From: Williopsis jadinii
Lineage: Eukaryota
Length of the DNA stretch: 64,000 nt
Reading direction: 5' to 3'
Assembly: GCA_024346625.1 (NCBI GenBank)
Contig: AP024664.1
Location: 744,001 to 808,000 of the forward strand
How positions within the stretch are numbered: position 1 is the stretch's first letter; each line of letters starts with the position of its first letter. The notes under the pieces were generated by a model. That model was given only the letters and a program-made list of their open reading frames with translations. It did not search any database and was not told where the DNA came from. A program made the position numbers and the translations under genes. Of the stretch, positions 11,626 to 24,280 are shown one piece after another.

Positions 11626-11961
11626 ATGGGTGGTAAGATTCAAGGGTTTCTCGGTGCCGTTTTGCTCGTCACCTCAGTGGCTTACTTCAAATCGAAGGAC
11701 TTCAAAGATAACCAGGAGTACATCTCGAAGACGTTGAGAGACACGCAAAGAATCATTGATCAAGAGCCACAGGAGAAGAAGGACACTCCTAGAGCTGTGG
11801 AGTTCAAGTACAGACCATCCATCAGACAGACAGTGGCAGATATATGGGACGACTCCGTTCTCAGCGGAGTGAAGTGGGTCTACAGTGTGGATGTCGAGCA
11901 CAGTCTTAGCAGGGCTATTGAAGGAGTGCAAGACTTGGCTACAAAGCTGACATCAAAGTGA
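11626..11961 (+). CDS. MIC12: MICOS complex subunit Mic12 (Aim5)-like
   Basis: 111 aa; N-terminal 'MGGKIQGFLGAVLL' transmembrane segment; 'QTVADIWDDSV..GVKWVY' motif. Confidence 0.65.
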   Translation: MGGKIQGFLGAVLLVTSVAYFKSKDFKDNQEYISKTLRDTQRIIDQEPQEKKDTPRAVEFKYRPSIRQTVADIWDDSVLSGVKWVYSVDVEHSLSRAIEGVQDLATKLTSK

Positions 11962-12046
11962 TTCATTCAAAGTGGTTCCGTCCAAGATTACGTATGGAAT
12001 GAGTATAAAACCCAACGCAAAAGAGATAAAACATGTATATTCCGAA

Positions 12047-12943
12047 TCAATCTCGCTTAGTCCTGAAGTAGTTGCGTATGTCTCTGCGCATAATTATGCT
12101 GTAGACAGGCGCAACGATGCTGAGTAGAAGTGCTACAAAGACCTGAAGAACGCCGAATACCCTTGGACCCATTCCAAGCATCCCACAACTCAAGAACCAT
12201 CCAATCATGTCCGTGAATACCACCTCATAGCCGTGGTCAAGCCACCAAAGGATTATTTCGGCGCACTTCTCCACGGTTATGGCATCTGATGGACCCTCTA
12301 TTTGCTTTGTGATAGCAGGTTTGGTCTTTTCCTCCTCGTCAAACCCTTCAGAGGCAAAGTTCCCTGGATACACACACGAAACACCAATGTTGTATTGTGC
12401 AGCTTCTTGTCTCACAACCTCTGAAAGGGACCTGATGGCAGCTTTCGCAGGTGCGTACTGGCCATACCCAATAAATGGGAATATTCCCAGAATAGAAGAA
12501 CAGTACACTAAATAGCGCTTGTGATCCACTGTTTGGGAGCTCATCAGCTTCAGCACAGCGTGTGTGAAGAACAGAGCGGTGTTGTAGTTTATAGAAACAC
12601 CCTGCTGAAGTTCCTCTGCAGTCAGATCCAAGAGTAATTTCGGAATACTGGAGCCAGCACATAAGAACACAATGTCAGGTTTGCTCAATTGCTCCACGAC
12701 TTGAGCACATGAGTCGTAATTACAGAGATCTGCCACGGCATACGTGATCTCTTGTTCCTCATCGAGTCGGAACTTCTTGATGTTCTCAACAACCTGTGCC
12801 AGCTTTGATTGGGTTCTTGCAATGAGAACCACACTTGACGCACCTTTCATCACCATCTGGCGACCCAATTCAGCACCCAGTCCCTGAGACCCACCAGTGA
12901 TCACAACATTCTTACCTTTGACGTTAAATTGACCGGAAAGCAT
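12047..12943 (-). CDS. TSC10: 3-ketodihydrosphingosine reductase (SDR family)
   Basis: TGGSQGLG Rossmann motif; 'FIGYGQYAPAK' YxxxK; 'PGNFASEGFDEEEKTKPAITKQIEG'; C-terminal transmembrane segments. Confidence 0.9.
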   Translation of the reverse strand: MLSGQFNVKGKNVVITGGSQGLGAELGRQMVMKGASSVVLIARTQSKLAQVVENIKKFRLDEEQEITYAVADLCNYDSCAQVVEQLSKPDIVFLCAGSSIPKLLLDLTAEELQQGVSINYNTALFFTHAVLKLMSSQTVDHKRYLVYCSSILGIFPFIGYGQYAPAKAAIRSLSEVVRQEAAQYNIGVSCVYPGNFASEGFDEEEKTKPAITKQIEGPSDAITVEKCAEIILWWLDHGYEVVFTDMIGWFLSCGMLGMGPRVFGVLQVFVALLLSIVAPVYSIIMRRDIRNYFRTKRD

Positions 12944-13158
12944 TATTGCACTGTTTGTCCCAGTCTCTTTAGTCCAGCAGACAAATAAACAGTGTAACTT
13001 TTAAGCCTCGCGTAACAAAGTCCCATCTTTTTTTGCCTGTTGCAGTTTTTGTCCCTTGCACTACTACTTTATTTCAAGATCTAACCTGGGACTTTCCAAA
13101 CTAGTGTGCAGCGCCGCCAGGACGCAAGGGACTACAACGGACAACGGGGACAAGCGCA

Positions 13159-15321
13159 ATGATTTCATACGATGGTCGTCCAATAGCAAAGGATCAGTGC
13201 TTCTACTGCTTCAAGACTCAATTCGATGGGCTATTTGTCTCTCCGCTATCGCATAGGGCCTTTTGTTCTACGCATTTGCCACTGCACCAGCAATTGAACG
13301 GAAACGATGTTGATTACGTCTATTTGAAGACGACTTTGAAGCCACAGGACGAACCGCCGTCCAAGATAATGAAGCTTGAGATCAAGCAGCAGGCAGAGTC
13401 CGAGCTGGTGGACCTTCATAAGGAGCTCTACCACGATGGACAGGTTGTTGAGCCTACTCCGAGGGACTTGGCTGTGATAGAAGAGATTGTCAACTCGAAC
13501 TCCGAGTCCAAGAAGCAGGAGTTGAAGTCATGGACGCAAGAGTACTCGGCATGTAAGCATACACAGGACTTTCAACAATCACCAATTGATGATGTTCAGT
13601 TGCGGAAATGCCACGAGTGTGATTTAGACCAAAACCTTTGGATATGTTTGACCTGTGGCCAACTGGGATGCGGTCGTGCACAGTTTGGTGGTATTCCAGG
13701 CAATACGCATGCACTGAAGCACTATGAGACCACCGGACACCCAATTGCTGTTAAGTTGGGATCGTTGAGTAAAGACGTTGCTGATATTTACTGCTACGCA
13801 TGTCAGGATGAAGTTGTTTTCCCTCAATTACCACAGTTGCTACAAACATTTGGCATAGATCTCAATACTTTCAATAAGACTGAGAAGAGTTTGGTGGAGT
13901 TGCAAATTGAACAAAACTTGAAATGGGAATTCAACATGGTGAATGACGATGGCGAGGAGTTACCACCGGTTTTCGGTTCAGGGTTAACAGGGTTGAAGAA
14001 CTTGGGGAATTCTTGTTATGTATCAAGTGTTGTACAATCGCTATTCTCTCTTCCAGAGTACCAGGAACTTTCAAAGATTCCTTGGGAGTCACTCAATGAA
14101 CAAGATGGCTTGAAATTCCAGCTTGTTAAAATGGCCAAGGGACTAACCTCTGGTGAATTCTCCAAGCCAAATCAGGAAGGGTTTCAAGTTGGAGTCTCAA
14201 TTGCACCTTTTAAGAGCATAATTGGGGCTAATCATGAGGAATTTAGCTCTATGAGACAACAAGATGCCTTTGAGTTTTGGAACTATCTTTTGGACAAGAT
14301 CGATACAGGCATAGATGCCCACTTGAACGACATCTTCAGATTTGTCACCGTTGAGAAGTTCAAAATTGAGGATTCCAATAAAGTTCTTCTGAAGAAACAG
14401 GTCACAGAGAACCTCACGTTACCTGTGAACGTTGAAGTTGACTATATAGATGAGAATGGTGTAAAGCACTACAAACGCGAGGATTTTATCGATTCGTTGA
14501 TCCAATACTTGTCACCAGAGGAGGTTGATTGGAAGAGTGGTAAAGCAGTGAAGACCACATTCATCAAATCATTCCCGAAATATCTCGTTACTGCCATCCA
14601 AAGAATCCAACTAGAGAACTGGACCCCAATTAAAACCGATGTTCCACTTTCGCTTCCAGAGAGCTTTGACATTTCCGATTTCCAAGCACCTGATTTATTG
14701 GATGATGATGAAGTTGAAGCTGAAGACGAGGGTCAAGAGTTTGAACCTGATCAAGAAGCTCTTAACCAGTTGTTGCAGATGGGATTCCCAGAGAATCGGT
14801 GTAAAAAGGCACTGTACAACACCGGTAACAACTCCGCAGAAGTTGCGATGAACTGGCTCTTTGAACATATGGATGATCCTACAATAGATTCACCATTGGT
14901 TGTGAAAAAAGGAACCGACGACAGCATTGATGAAGCAAAGATCCAATCTTTAATGGACATGGGCTTTTCCAACAAGCTGAGTATTAAAGCTCTCATTTTG
15001 AATAACGAGGACACAAACCAGGCCGTTGAATGGTTATTCAGCAACCCAGATGATGACGGCGTTCTGCCACCAAAGAAGAAGACTACAGCTGATACTGTGG
15101 ATGTGTTGATGAACCAGCATACTTCTTCGGAGTACACCTTGAAAGCGGTCATTTGCCACAAGGGCACACAGGTGACCACGGGCCATTACGTGGCCTTCAT
15201 CAGACAAGGCGATCGGTGGATTCTATTCAACGACGAGAAGGTTGTTGATGTCACTGGCGATGAAAAGAGTTGGCAAGAGGTTGAGAAGAACGGTTATGTG
15301 TACATATGGGAGAGGATATGA
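13159..15321 (+). CDS. UBP14: Ubiquitin-specific protease Ubp14 (USP5/isopeptidase T)
   Basis: ZnF-UBP (CLTCGQLGCGR...HALKHY), Cys box GLKNLGNSCY, QQDAFEF, two UBA domains (MGFP/MGFS), His box TGHYVAFI. Confidence 0.93.
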   Translation: MISYDGRPIAKDQCFYCFKTQFDGLFVSPLSHRAFCSTHLPLHQQLNGNDVDYVYLKTTLKPQDEPPSKIMKLEIKQQAESELVDLHKELYHDGQVVEPTPRDLAVIEEIVNSNSESKKQELKSWTQEYSACKHTQDFQQSPIDDVQLRKCHECDLDQNLWICLTCGQLGCGRAQFGGIPGNTHALKHYETTGHPIAVKLGSLSKDVADIYCYACQDEVVFPQLPQLLQTFGIDLNTFNKTEKSLVELQIEQNLKWEFNMVNDDGEELPPVFGSGLTGLKNLGNSCYVSSVVQSLFSLPEYQELSKIPWESLNEQDGLKFQLVKMAKGLTSGEFSKPNQEGFQVGVSIAPFKSIIGANHEEFSSMRQQDAFEFWNYLLDKIDTGIDAHLNDIFRFVTVEKFKIEDSNKVLLKKQVTENLTLPVNVEVDYIDENGVKHYKREDFIDSLIQYLSPEEVDWKSGKAVKTTFIKSFPKYLVTAIQRIQLENWTPIKTDVPLSLPESFDISDFQAPDLLDDDEVEAEDEGQEFEPDQEALNQLLQMGFPENRCKKALYNTGNNSAEVAMNWLFEHMDDPTIDSPLVVKKGTDDSIDEAKIQSLMDMGFSNKLSIKALILNNEDTNQAVEWLFSNPDDDGVLPPKKKTTADTVDVLMNQHTSSEYTLKAVICHKGTQVTTGHYVAFIRQGDRWILFNDEKVVDVTGDEKSWQEVEKNGYVYIWERI

Positions 15322-15711
15322 GCGTAGGTGCGCTAATTCAACCACGCGTGTAAAGTTGTTCCAAGCGCGATACTTATGCCGTCTCGAACCGTGCACGGAT
15401 AAACAACACACATCCAAGACGCTAAAGCACAAAACGTCAAACACTCGGAAAAACTATGTAATCTTGCATATTTTTTTGTCTCTTCAAGCATCCATGGAAC
15501 AATAAATATTGACTGTAGATTACCTTGTTTAAGCTCTCGCCCACTCATTAGTCTGTACAAACCTTAACTGCTCACAAAGTGATCGCAGATTACCAAACCC
15601 TGCAAATTGATTGGACATGGGACCAACGTGCATTTTTTAAGCGAGCCCAGACAAAAGACAGAAGAAAGAAAAAAAAAACCACAGACACGCAGGTAATACA
15701 AGTTAGCCGTC

Positions 15712-15722
15712 CACGTGAGTCA
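15712..15722. promoter_or_regulatory. Overlapping CACGTG E-box and Gcn4 site TGAGTCA upstream of ARO3
   Basis: ccacgtgagtcat ~220 bp upstream of the ARO3 ATG; ARO3 is a known Gcn4 target in S. cerevisiae. Confidence 0.7.
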
Positions 15723-15882
15723 TCGGACAGAGCCGCTTTCGCAATGTTATACGCACATTAGACGTCACATCGAGATTTCTATCGAGACATCTCGTCCACT
15801 GAAATTATTTATAAAGTTAGGAGACGTCATGGTTTAATGGGAAAAAATTTCCATTCTTTTGTTCTTTTCTTGTAGAAAATAA

Positions 15883-17046
<1,164 letters not shown>

Positions 17047-17108
17047 GTAGTCAGGATGTTACCATTTGTCCTTTTTATTGTTATATATATCAATCGTGCG
17101 GTTAAACA

Positions 17109-17840
17109 TCACTCCCATTGAAACCGTGGAAGATCGTAACCCTCTGTTGTTCTACCGTAGGTTGTTCCACCCAGACGACTGATAGGTCTCAGCTTTTCAA
17201 TATCGAGGCTCGTGCCCTCAGCGTTCAACACCTCACCACTAACGTGGAATAAGACACCTTCTAAGATCACCAAGTTACCAGTTTTCTTCCCCTCGACTCG
17301 TTTAGAGAACCATTCGTGATGATGAACTAGCTTACACTCTACACTAAAGGCACTGCGCTTCACAATGGCTGGTTTGACAATCTGTGAGTGTTCCTGTTCC
17401 AGTCCCGCAATTTCCCATTCGCTCGTGCCAGACGGTGCGTTGATGTTGGCCTTGTTAGCAGCTTCCGCAAACCATTCACTGACAATGTTGACAGTGCACT
17501 CACCGGTCTCAAGCAAGTTCTTCAGAGTGTCCTTTGGACCGTTGAACCCTTGTGAAATCCCCAACACAAACATTGGTGGGTCTGAGTTCACCACCTGGAA
17601 GTAACTAAAGGGGGCAAGGTTGGCGTTGCCATCCTTATCCACTGTAGAGACTAGAGCCACTGGACGTGGCACGATGGATGAGACAAGCAGCCTATAATTG
17701 TCCACTGATGTGCGCTTCTCATCTAGGGGATCAATGGTGATCTTACCGCCAGTAGGTTCAGCAACTGGGGCTCCGCTTGGTGGAGCAGTGGTCAAATGGA
17801 ACTGGGCGCTTTGGTCGAAAGCTGGTAAAGATGGCTTCAT
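17109..17840 (-). CDS. Flavin reductase-like FMN-binding protein (DIM6/NTAB family)
   Basis: 'IVPRPVALVST..NLAPFSYF', 'KDTLKNL..ECTVNIV', 'PISRLGG..YGR'; first ATG at 17840 (MKPSLP). Confidence 0.85.
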   Translation of the reverse strand: MKPSLPAFDQSAQFHLTTAPPSGAPVAEPTGGKITIDPLDEKRTSVDNYRLLVSSIVPRPVALVSTVDKDGNANLAPFSYFQVVNSDPPMFVLGISQGFNGPKDTLKNLLETGECTVNIVSEWFAEAANKANINAPSGTSEWEIAGLEQEHSQIVKPAIVKRSAFSVECKLVHHHEWFSKRVEGKKTGNLVILEGVLFHVSGEVLNAEGTSLDIEKLRPISRLGGTTYGRTTEGYDLPRFQWE

Positions 17841-18103
17841 CGTGTCAGTACACACAGTCACAGCAGATTCTATGGCAGACAGCTACTAACTCTGGTCATT
17901 ATGTACAATATTTTGTAAATTAAACAGATAAATTAAAGAACAGTGTTGTATTAGTAATACATAGAACAAGCGAAATCAAAACAAAGGTGGAAAACAATGG
18001 TGGAAAAGGTGGAAAACAACAACTGTGCTAGGGCGGTAATAACAATGGGCGGGCGGAGCAGTGAAGCCAACTGATAGCGTTAACGATTAAACAGACGAAT
18101 AGC

Positions 18104-18697
18104 TCATCTTCTCTTCAGATGCGCAGGGAGGTTATGGAACAGCCAGTACATAGTCTCCTTCTTCCCGTTAGGCTTGATGCGGGCAGCTTCCAGCTCTTCA
18201 ACGACTCGCTCACGGGCCTGCTCCTCCGTGACGCCCAGCTCTCTAACGTACTGTCTCACCCCTGCCTCGACGGCACGTACAACCCTGTAACGTCTACAGT
18301 AGGTCTTGCAGAGGTTCTTGTTGCCCTTCCGCCAGTCCTTTCTGTACTTGTCCAGATACTTGAGCGGTGGTTGTCCCTCGTATCCGTAGTAGTACTCATC
18401 CAGAACTTGTTGTACCGATTTTGGCAATGGGCATAACCTCGTGAACGGAACGTTCTCCCATAGACGATGTGCTTCCTCGTCAGTGGGGTCACCTAGGTTC
18501 GAGCCACCATTGGAGGCCTGGTTTTGAGATTGTCGACCGCGTTGCACAAGCTGTGCCTGCTGTGCCTGCTGTGCCTGTTGTACATTCTGCGACTTTGAAG
18601 CTTGTTGCGACTGTGTGTTTGCTTGTCTTTGATTTTGCTGTTGGGACTGTTGCTGAGATGACTGAGGTGGTGTTTGCTGACTGGGTTGTTGTTGTTG

Positions 18698-18728
<31 letters not shown>

Positions 18729-19492
18729 TGTTGTTGTTGTTGTTGTTGTTGTTGTTGTCCTTGCTGACCAGGTTGCTGTCCTTGCTGAGCTTGCTGGCCA
18801 GGTTGTTGTTGAGAAGGTTGGGGTGGGAGGTGTGTAATGATTGAATCGTTGTCCAGCGACGATATCAAGTTGTTGAACTGACGATTCGAAACGACGCTGG
18901 CCGCCGTGTTTGGTGATGGTTGAGGTGCAATCATTCTGAGACTAACAGGGTTCTGATTTATGGGGTCCCGAGGCGGGCCCATGCGACCATGGGCCTGGGA
19001 CGGCAGTTGTTGACGTGGTAGTCGTTGCACTTGTTGCTGTGCCTGCAGACCTTGAGGAGGATGTGCGATATTGCCATTGCCATTGGCATCAGGCGCAGAC
19101 TGTTCAAGGACGTGGGCATGCGCCAAATCATCTGCTGTGGTGGGACCCCCATTGTTCTGATGATCTAGTAGTCCCCTAATGCCAGGTCCCTGAACGCCAA
19201 AGCCATCGACGTGACCAGGAGGACCTAGACGGGATAGTTTCGTGAATTGGTATTGCCCTGCAATAGCAAATGTCTCCAGCTCTTGAAGCTGGTTGTCGTA
19301 AAGCTTTGGAAGAAGTTCTAGTCGTTGAACGATCTCGTCGAGCTTCCCATCTACAGGGCCTCGTTGATGTTGCTCGAGTTGATCTACCCTGTGGGCCAAT
19401 TGGGAGACGTCCTCAGAGATCTTCTGGAGTGCTCCTTGTAAGCTGTTGGAGATTCCAACCAATTGCTCTTGCAGGACGTTATACGGATCCAT
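18104..19492 (-). CDS. Gcr1/Msn1/Hot1-family transcriptional activator (GCR1_C domain) with poly-Q
   Basis: C-terminal 'SVQQVLDEYYYGYEGQPPLKYLD..DWR..KTYCRR' GCR1_C-like domain; N-terminal coiled coil; Q tract ~18686-18757. Confidence 0.7.
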
Positions 19493-19859
19493 AAATAACA
19501 GATGTATATGTATATTCTGTTCCTGGTGCTGGTGGTCTGAGCTGCTTGTTTATGTTTCCTTTTGAGGTGTCTAAGCTGTGAAAAGGGGGGACTAGTCCAC
19601 AAAAGATCACATCCCGAAACCCCTAAAAAACTTTCACTGCGGCGCGAACCGTATTAAAAAGAGGCCCAGAAGTCACCTCTAGGACCAACTTTTCATACAG
19701 CTGGGACTTGGTTTTAAATGTATGCCGATGCTGGCTACAACGCTAAAGCAGAACGTCTCAGATGTGACACAAGGTCTTTTGATGTTATTGAGATTGTCGT
19801 CATATACACAGAAAAGAATTCTAAATTGCAAGAGGAGGGTGGAACTGTCATTACACGTA

Positions 19860-20321
19860 TCATTTTTCATAGTTCAGGGCAAAGTCAACGGCAGCCTTGT
19901 AACCGTAGACTGGGCCGAGTCCACAAATAACACCAACGGCAACGTCACTTAGATAGGACAAATGTCTGAAGGATTCTCTCGCATGGACATTTGTGATATG
20001 GAGTTCAACAAATGGGATTTCGACACCTAGAAGAGCATCTCTCAATGCGACGCTGGTATGTGTGTATGCACCTGCGTTGATGACAATAAAGTCAACCCCT
20101 TGTGCCTTGGCCTCGTGGATACGGTCAATCAAGGCACCTTCACCATTGGATTGATAGGCGTAGAACTTGTTCTGTGGGTGCTGGGACATCACCAGTTTCT
20201 CAGCGTTGGCCTCAATCTGTGCCAATGTCGTGGTACCGTACTTCGCTGGCTCACGGGTACCCAGCAAATTGAGGTTTGGGCCGTGGATGAGAAGGATTTT
20301 CTTAGGCATATCGAGGGTCAT
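19860..20321 (-). CDS. Type II (catabolic) 3-dehydroquinate dehydratase, qa-2/qutE/DQD1-like
   Basis: [57 protein letters not shown] type II DHQase motifs. Confidence 0.95.
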   Translation of the reverse strand: MTLDMPKKILLIHGPNLNLLGTREPAKYGTTTLAQIEANAEKLVMSQHPQNKFYAYQSNGEGALIDRIHEAKAQGVDFIVINAGAYTHTSVALRDALLGVEIPFVELHITNVHARESFRHLSYLSDVAVGVICGLGPVYGYKAAVDFALNYEK

Positions 20322-21054
20322 TAGAGTACTGGAGCAAAGTGTTGAAGTTATGGCGCAATTCTCACGTCTGAAATGTCCTTTTGTGTATTCAATAGGAAGA
20401 AGAATACAAGTCTGAAAAATGGAGAGTTGATACCGGCTGTCCAGCTTTTTTCTTCTTTTGAGTCACATCGAGAAACCCGAAAAAAAAAGAAAAAAAAACG
20501 AAAAAGGACGCAAAAAAAAACAAAGAAAAAACAGACAACTGACACATAAAAAGAAAGAAAAAATGACTACTTAGCCGTTTTCTTGCTTGAATTCTGAGGG
20601 AAATACATGTTTGTCCCATGGAATATGTTATAAACATAAATGTCATGATGGTAGTTTCGTGATTGGTAAATAAATCTGCCCGATGTCAACTCACAACAAT
20701 ACGATGGTCTCTGTATTTGGTGTGGCAGATTCCACAGGCTGGCCAAAATATCCGGGGTAAAAGAAAAAGACATGGTAAGTCCCAGAACTTCCGGAAAATG
20801 CAAGTCAAAGTTACGCACCAGGAGGATGCTTTAAGCGGTGAGTTCATCGTTTTACGACGGAGAGTGTCGTATATTTATGGGCTTCAGCAGCATGCCTTTG
20901 ATGTTCCTTTTAAGCTACAGTGATTAAGAATCTCTTTGTTGCCTGGCCTATGACGATGGTCATAAAATGGATTACTGTGATCACCATGAGAATAGAAAAA
21001 CCCTTATGAAGTGTCACAACCAGTTAAACACGGGACACCAAAACTCCAGAAGAA

Positions 21055-21135
21055 GGCAACTTGGCCGAGTGGTTAAGGCGAAAGATTAGAAATCTTTTGG
21101 GTTTACCCGCGCAGGTTCGAATCCTGCAGTTGTCG
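21055..21135 (+). tRNA. tRNA-Ser (AGA)
   Basis: GGCAACT...AGTTGTC stem, TTAGAAA anticodon loop, long variable arm, GGTTCGAATCC, T-run terminator. Confidence 0.96.
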
Positions 21136-21376
21136 TCATTTTTTTTGCAGCTTCCATGAACATGGAAGTCACTGCTTGCTGCAAAACACCAGGTCTCTAT
21201 GTGAATACACCAGTTGCCTTCAACAATACACATTTGAACCTGGTACTCGTTTCCAGGCAAGTCCTACGTGTATACTTATAATAAAACAATTCTCATATCC
21301 TCGTTAAATATATAATTTTAATATCACTCTAATGCCACCAGAAGAAGAAAAAAAGACACACACAAATAAGGCTGTA

Positions 21377-23578
21377 CTAGTTATTCGCTTTGAACAGCTC
21401 CTCAATAGCATTCAAGGAATCGATGTCAAACCCACCAAACTCCATGTTCGAGAAGTCAAAGTCCATTTGATTCTTATCAATCCAATTACAACCGGTATCA
21501 CTCTGTGGACTAGGTGGTTCATCCGAAGACGGTGTTGTCAAGCTGAAATTCTTATCTGAGCTGGAATTACCCTCCATAGCGAGGCTATACGTGATGTTGT
21601 TTGAGAGTGCCTCGTTTGAATTCATAGACGGCGATTCATTCATCGGTATTATTGCATTTGGTGATCTAGCGATTGTGGCTGGTGGATCTCTTGCGTTTGA
21701 ATAGTGCTTGAAATGATGCTGTATCTTGGAATAAAGTGATGGTAGTAGTCTCTGAACGTTATCCATCAGGTAGTTTGCAATCTTCGCACTCAAGTAGAAA
21801 TGCGTGGAAATCTGGTAAATTCCTGATAACTCGAGTTTCAGGTATTCCTCATATATGTTCAAATCACAGATGTTTAGATTGTGCTGTTCCTGAGTTTGGA
21901 CGATTTGAGATGACCATAGATATGCCGACAAATGGACCAATCCTGCAAAGGCCATCGAACAGGCACTTAGGGGTGTTCTCTTCAAGACGTCCACAGGGTT
22001 GGTGTCAATCAGGGTCTTAGCAATAGAGTTAGCGGCGTCAATGGTCTTTCTTGTCTCAATGATCTTTCTGGAGTTTATCAAATCCTTCTGAGTTGGTAAA
22101 TCTTGACAGTTATCGTTGTCGTTTTTCAACTGGTCACTCAAGAACTCCACACATTTCAAATTCCTTGGGATATCAGATCTCCAGAGGAAAGAAAGTGGTC
22201 TGTGTGTAAAGATCTTTGCATAGTTGAGCATGATAATTCCCTGATGGACACCTTCATTCACTGTTCCATTTTGGTCGATCAAGTAGGGAAGTTGGTAGAA
22301 GTCAGGGTTAGAGAACTTCAATTCCCAGTTAGATAACGAAGCCGTGAGCTTTGTATACTGTTGGCCAATGGACATGTTGGAGAAGATAATGTTATTAAGC
22401 CGTACCGATTCATCAACGAGTTTGGAACAGTGTGCTCTTGTCTCGTAGTCAAATTTCGCCCTTGGTGGTTCTGAAGGGTAGTTGACAAAGCACTGTTTCT
22501 GGGCCAAAGTGGATAGGGTTTTACCATCGGCACACCCAATGATAATGTCCAAAAAGAACAGCTCCCAGAAGCAACGTCTAGCACAGTCCTTCAAGCAAAC
22601 TTCCTCTAAATTACGCACTCTTTGAGTGTTGAAAAAATTGACATTCAGTTCCTCTGTAGAGGAACCGGATGGTGTCAATCCATTTGTGTTCCTATTACCA
22701 GCATCTTTTAACACATTCCCGTTGATATCTTCACCGACAAAGCGTTCGATATCGAGGTTGTTTATATCCAAGGTCAGCGCAAGCTCAATGGCCTGCTTCC
22801 TCAGCGTTGTGCTGAAATCGTGCAACGCCGATATGTGGCATACAAGCGACACGAGTATCAACGTTTGAAGGGAGATGAGGTCCTTGGGACCTGAGTTGAT
22901 CAAGCTGGATATTTCCATGGCAACGTCAAACACCGCATTTATATCCTTTGCGTACTTTGACGTTGTATAGCCGTCCCCGATGATCTTCATCACCGCAAGC
23001 AGTTCCTTAGGGTTATCAGAGCGTTCCAGGAACTCGTTCATGTGTGACAACGGTGGTAATACCGGGTGGGCGTTGTGGAATTTCGCATAGTAATTATGGA
23101 GAACGGCATCAACGTCAAACTGCTGTTTAAGATAAGTCCCATTGGAAGTGGCCCTCCGCATGGTTTCAAACGTTACCTGCGTTCTTGCGTTGTTGTCCTT
23201 CAAGTGGCATGGCAACTTATCGAGTCCTTCGAAGTTGTTGTCAGCAAGGAGCGCACATGAAGACTCGGTGTGTCCATTTGGACAGGACCCAACTTTACCA
23301 TCGGCTCCAACACATGGCAACTCCAATCTCCGTTGTTCCAGAGTGCGCTCGGCTTCCAGAGGGTTCAGCTTGGCCTTCTTAACACCTTTTTTCCGAGAGC
23401 CTCCTCTGTGACTCTTAACGTATGAGCACTCCTTACCATTCTTGGTACAGCGTGAACACTTTGGTGAACCTCCATCACATCTGACGTGACGATGACGGCA
23501 CTCTAAGCATGCTCTCGAGATATGCTTCGCGTTTGGTTTCAGCACCGGCGGTGGTGCGACTTGTAGATCGCTACTCAT
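21377..23578 (-). CDS. Zn(II)2Cys6 transcription factor with fungal-specific middle homology region
   Basis: CLECRHRHVRCDGGSPKCSRCTKNGKEC binuclear cluster; 'YYAKFHNAHPVLP', 'RRCFWELFFLD'; acidic C-terminus. Confidence 0.9.
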   Translation of the reverse strand: MSSDLQVAPPPVLKPNAKHISRACLECRHRHVRCDGGSPKCSRCTKNGKECSYVKSHRGGSRKKGVKKAKLNPLEAERTLEQRRLELPCVGADGKVGSCPNGHTESSCALLADNNFEGLDKLPCHLKDNNARTQVTFETMRRATSNGTYLKQQFDVDAVLHNYYAKFHNAHPVLPPLSHMNEFLERSDNPKELLAVMKIIGDGYTTSKYAKDINAVFDVAMEISSLINSGPKDLISLQTLILVSLVCHISALHDFSTTLRKQAIELALTLDINNLDIERFVGEDINGNVLKDAGNRNTNGLTPSGSSTEELNVNFFNTQRVRNLEEVCLKDCARRCFWELFFLDIIIGCADGKTLSTLAQKQCFVNYPSEPPRAKFDYETRAHCSKLVDESVRLNNIIFSNMSIGQQYTKLTASLSNWELKFSNPDFYQLPYLIDQNGTVNEGVHQGIIMLNYAKIFTHRPLSFLWRSDIPRNLKCVEFLSDQLKNDNDNCQDLPTQKDLINSRKIIETRKTIDAANSIAKTLIDTNPVDVLKRTPLSACSMAFAGLVHLSAYLWSSQIVQTQEQHNLNICDLNIYEEYLKLELSGIYQISTHFYLSAKIANYLMDNVQRLLPSLYSKIQHHFKHYSNARDPPATIARSPNAIIPMNESPSMNSNEALSNNITYSLAMEGNSSSDKNFSLTTPSSDEPPSPQSDTGCNWIDKNQMDFDFSNMEFGGFDIDSLNAIEELFKANN

Positions 23579-24178
23579 AGTGACAAATCAGCAAGGAAAG
23601 TTGGCTCGTGGGCTCTTCTTAGACCCTTCGGACAATTCACAGACGTACACAATGGACAGAACAGCAGCTGTGCAGGGTTTGGTTGGCTCGCGAATAAAAC
23701 ACACACAAACTACCGATGTGGGAAATGGTTCGTATAACGTTGAACAATAATACGAAGTGATTTTGATAATTGCTTCTTCCTTTAAACAACGAAATCAAAA
23801 AGAAGGGTTTTCTTTTAATTCTGCAAAAGAAGTAAAGGAGTAGAAATGATTGTTTTCTATCCGTCTGGCACTTTTTAGGGGACTCTTCCTTTCTTTACAA
23901 GGAGAGAAAGTGCTCACCAGAGGAGGAAGGACAAAAAAAATTCAAACCCCGAAGCGCTCTTTTGTATGTATTTGAGTTGTTGTTACGCGACACACTTGGT
24001 CGTGCTCCCGGGACCTAACCGGTTAGGGAAATTTCTATGGAGGGGGGGGGAGGGTAAGAGTTGCTGTGTGGTTAGTGTCGCTTTGTTTTGTGTTGTCTTC
24101 TCTGGGCAGCTCGGTGCAAGGGCTTTGTACTTTGCTTTTCTTTTTGTAAACCGTTTGAAGCGGCCAGAGCGAGAAGGA

Positions 24179-24276
24179 CAGCAAAAGACGGGAGTGATCA
24201 GGACAAGTGTGGTCAGGACAAGTGCGGTCAGGACAAGTGTGGTCAGCAAAGACGGGAGTGGTCAGGACAAGTGTGG
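24179..24276. repeat. Minisatellite: four copies of TCAGGACAAGTG(T/C)GG plus a duplicated CAGCAAA(A)GACGGGAGTG
   Basis: Units at 24198, 24213, 24228 and 24262 read directly. Confidence 0.9.
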
Positions 24277-24280
24277 CGAG

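Noticed and set aside
24179..24276. Repeat array as a CRISPR-like locus
   Set aside because: Head-to-tail units without unique spacers, eukaryotic context, no cas genes
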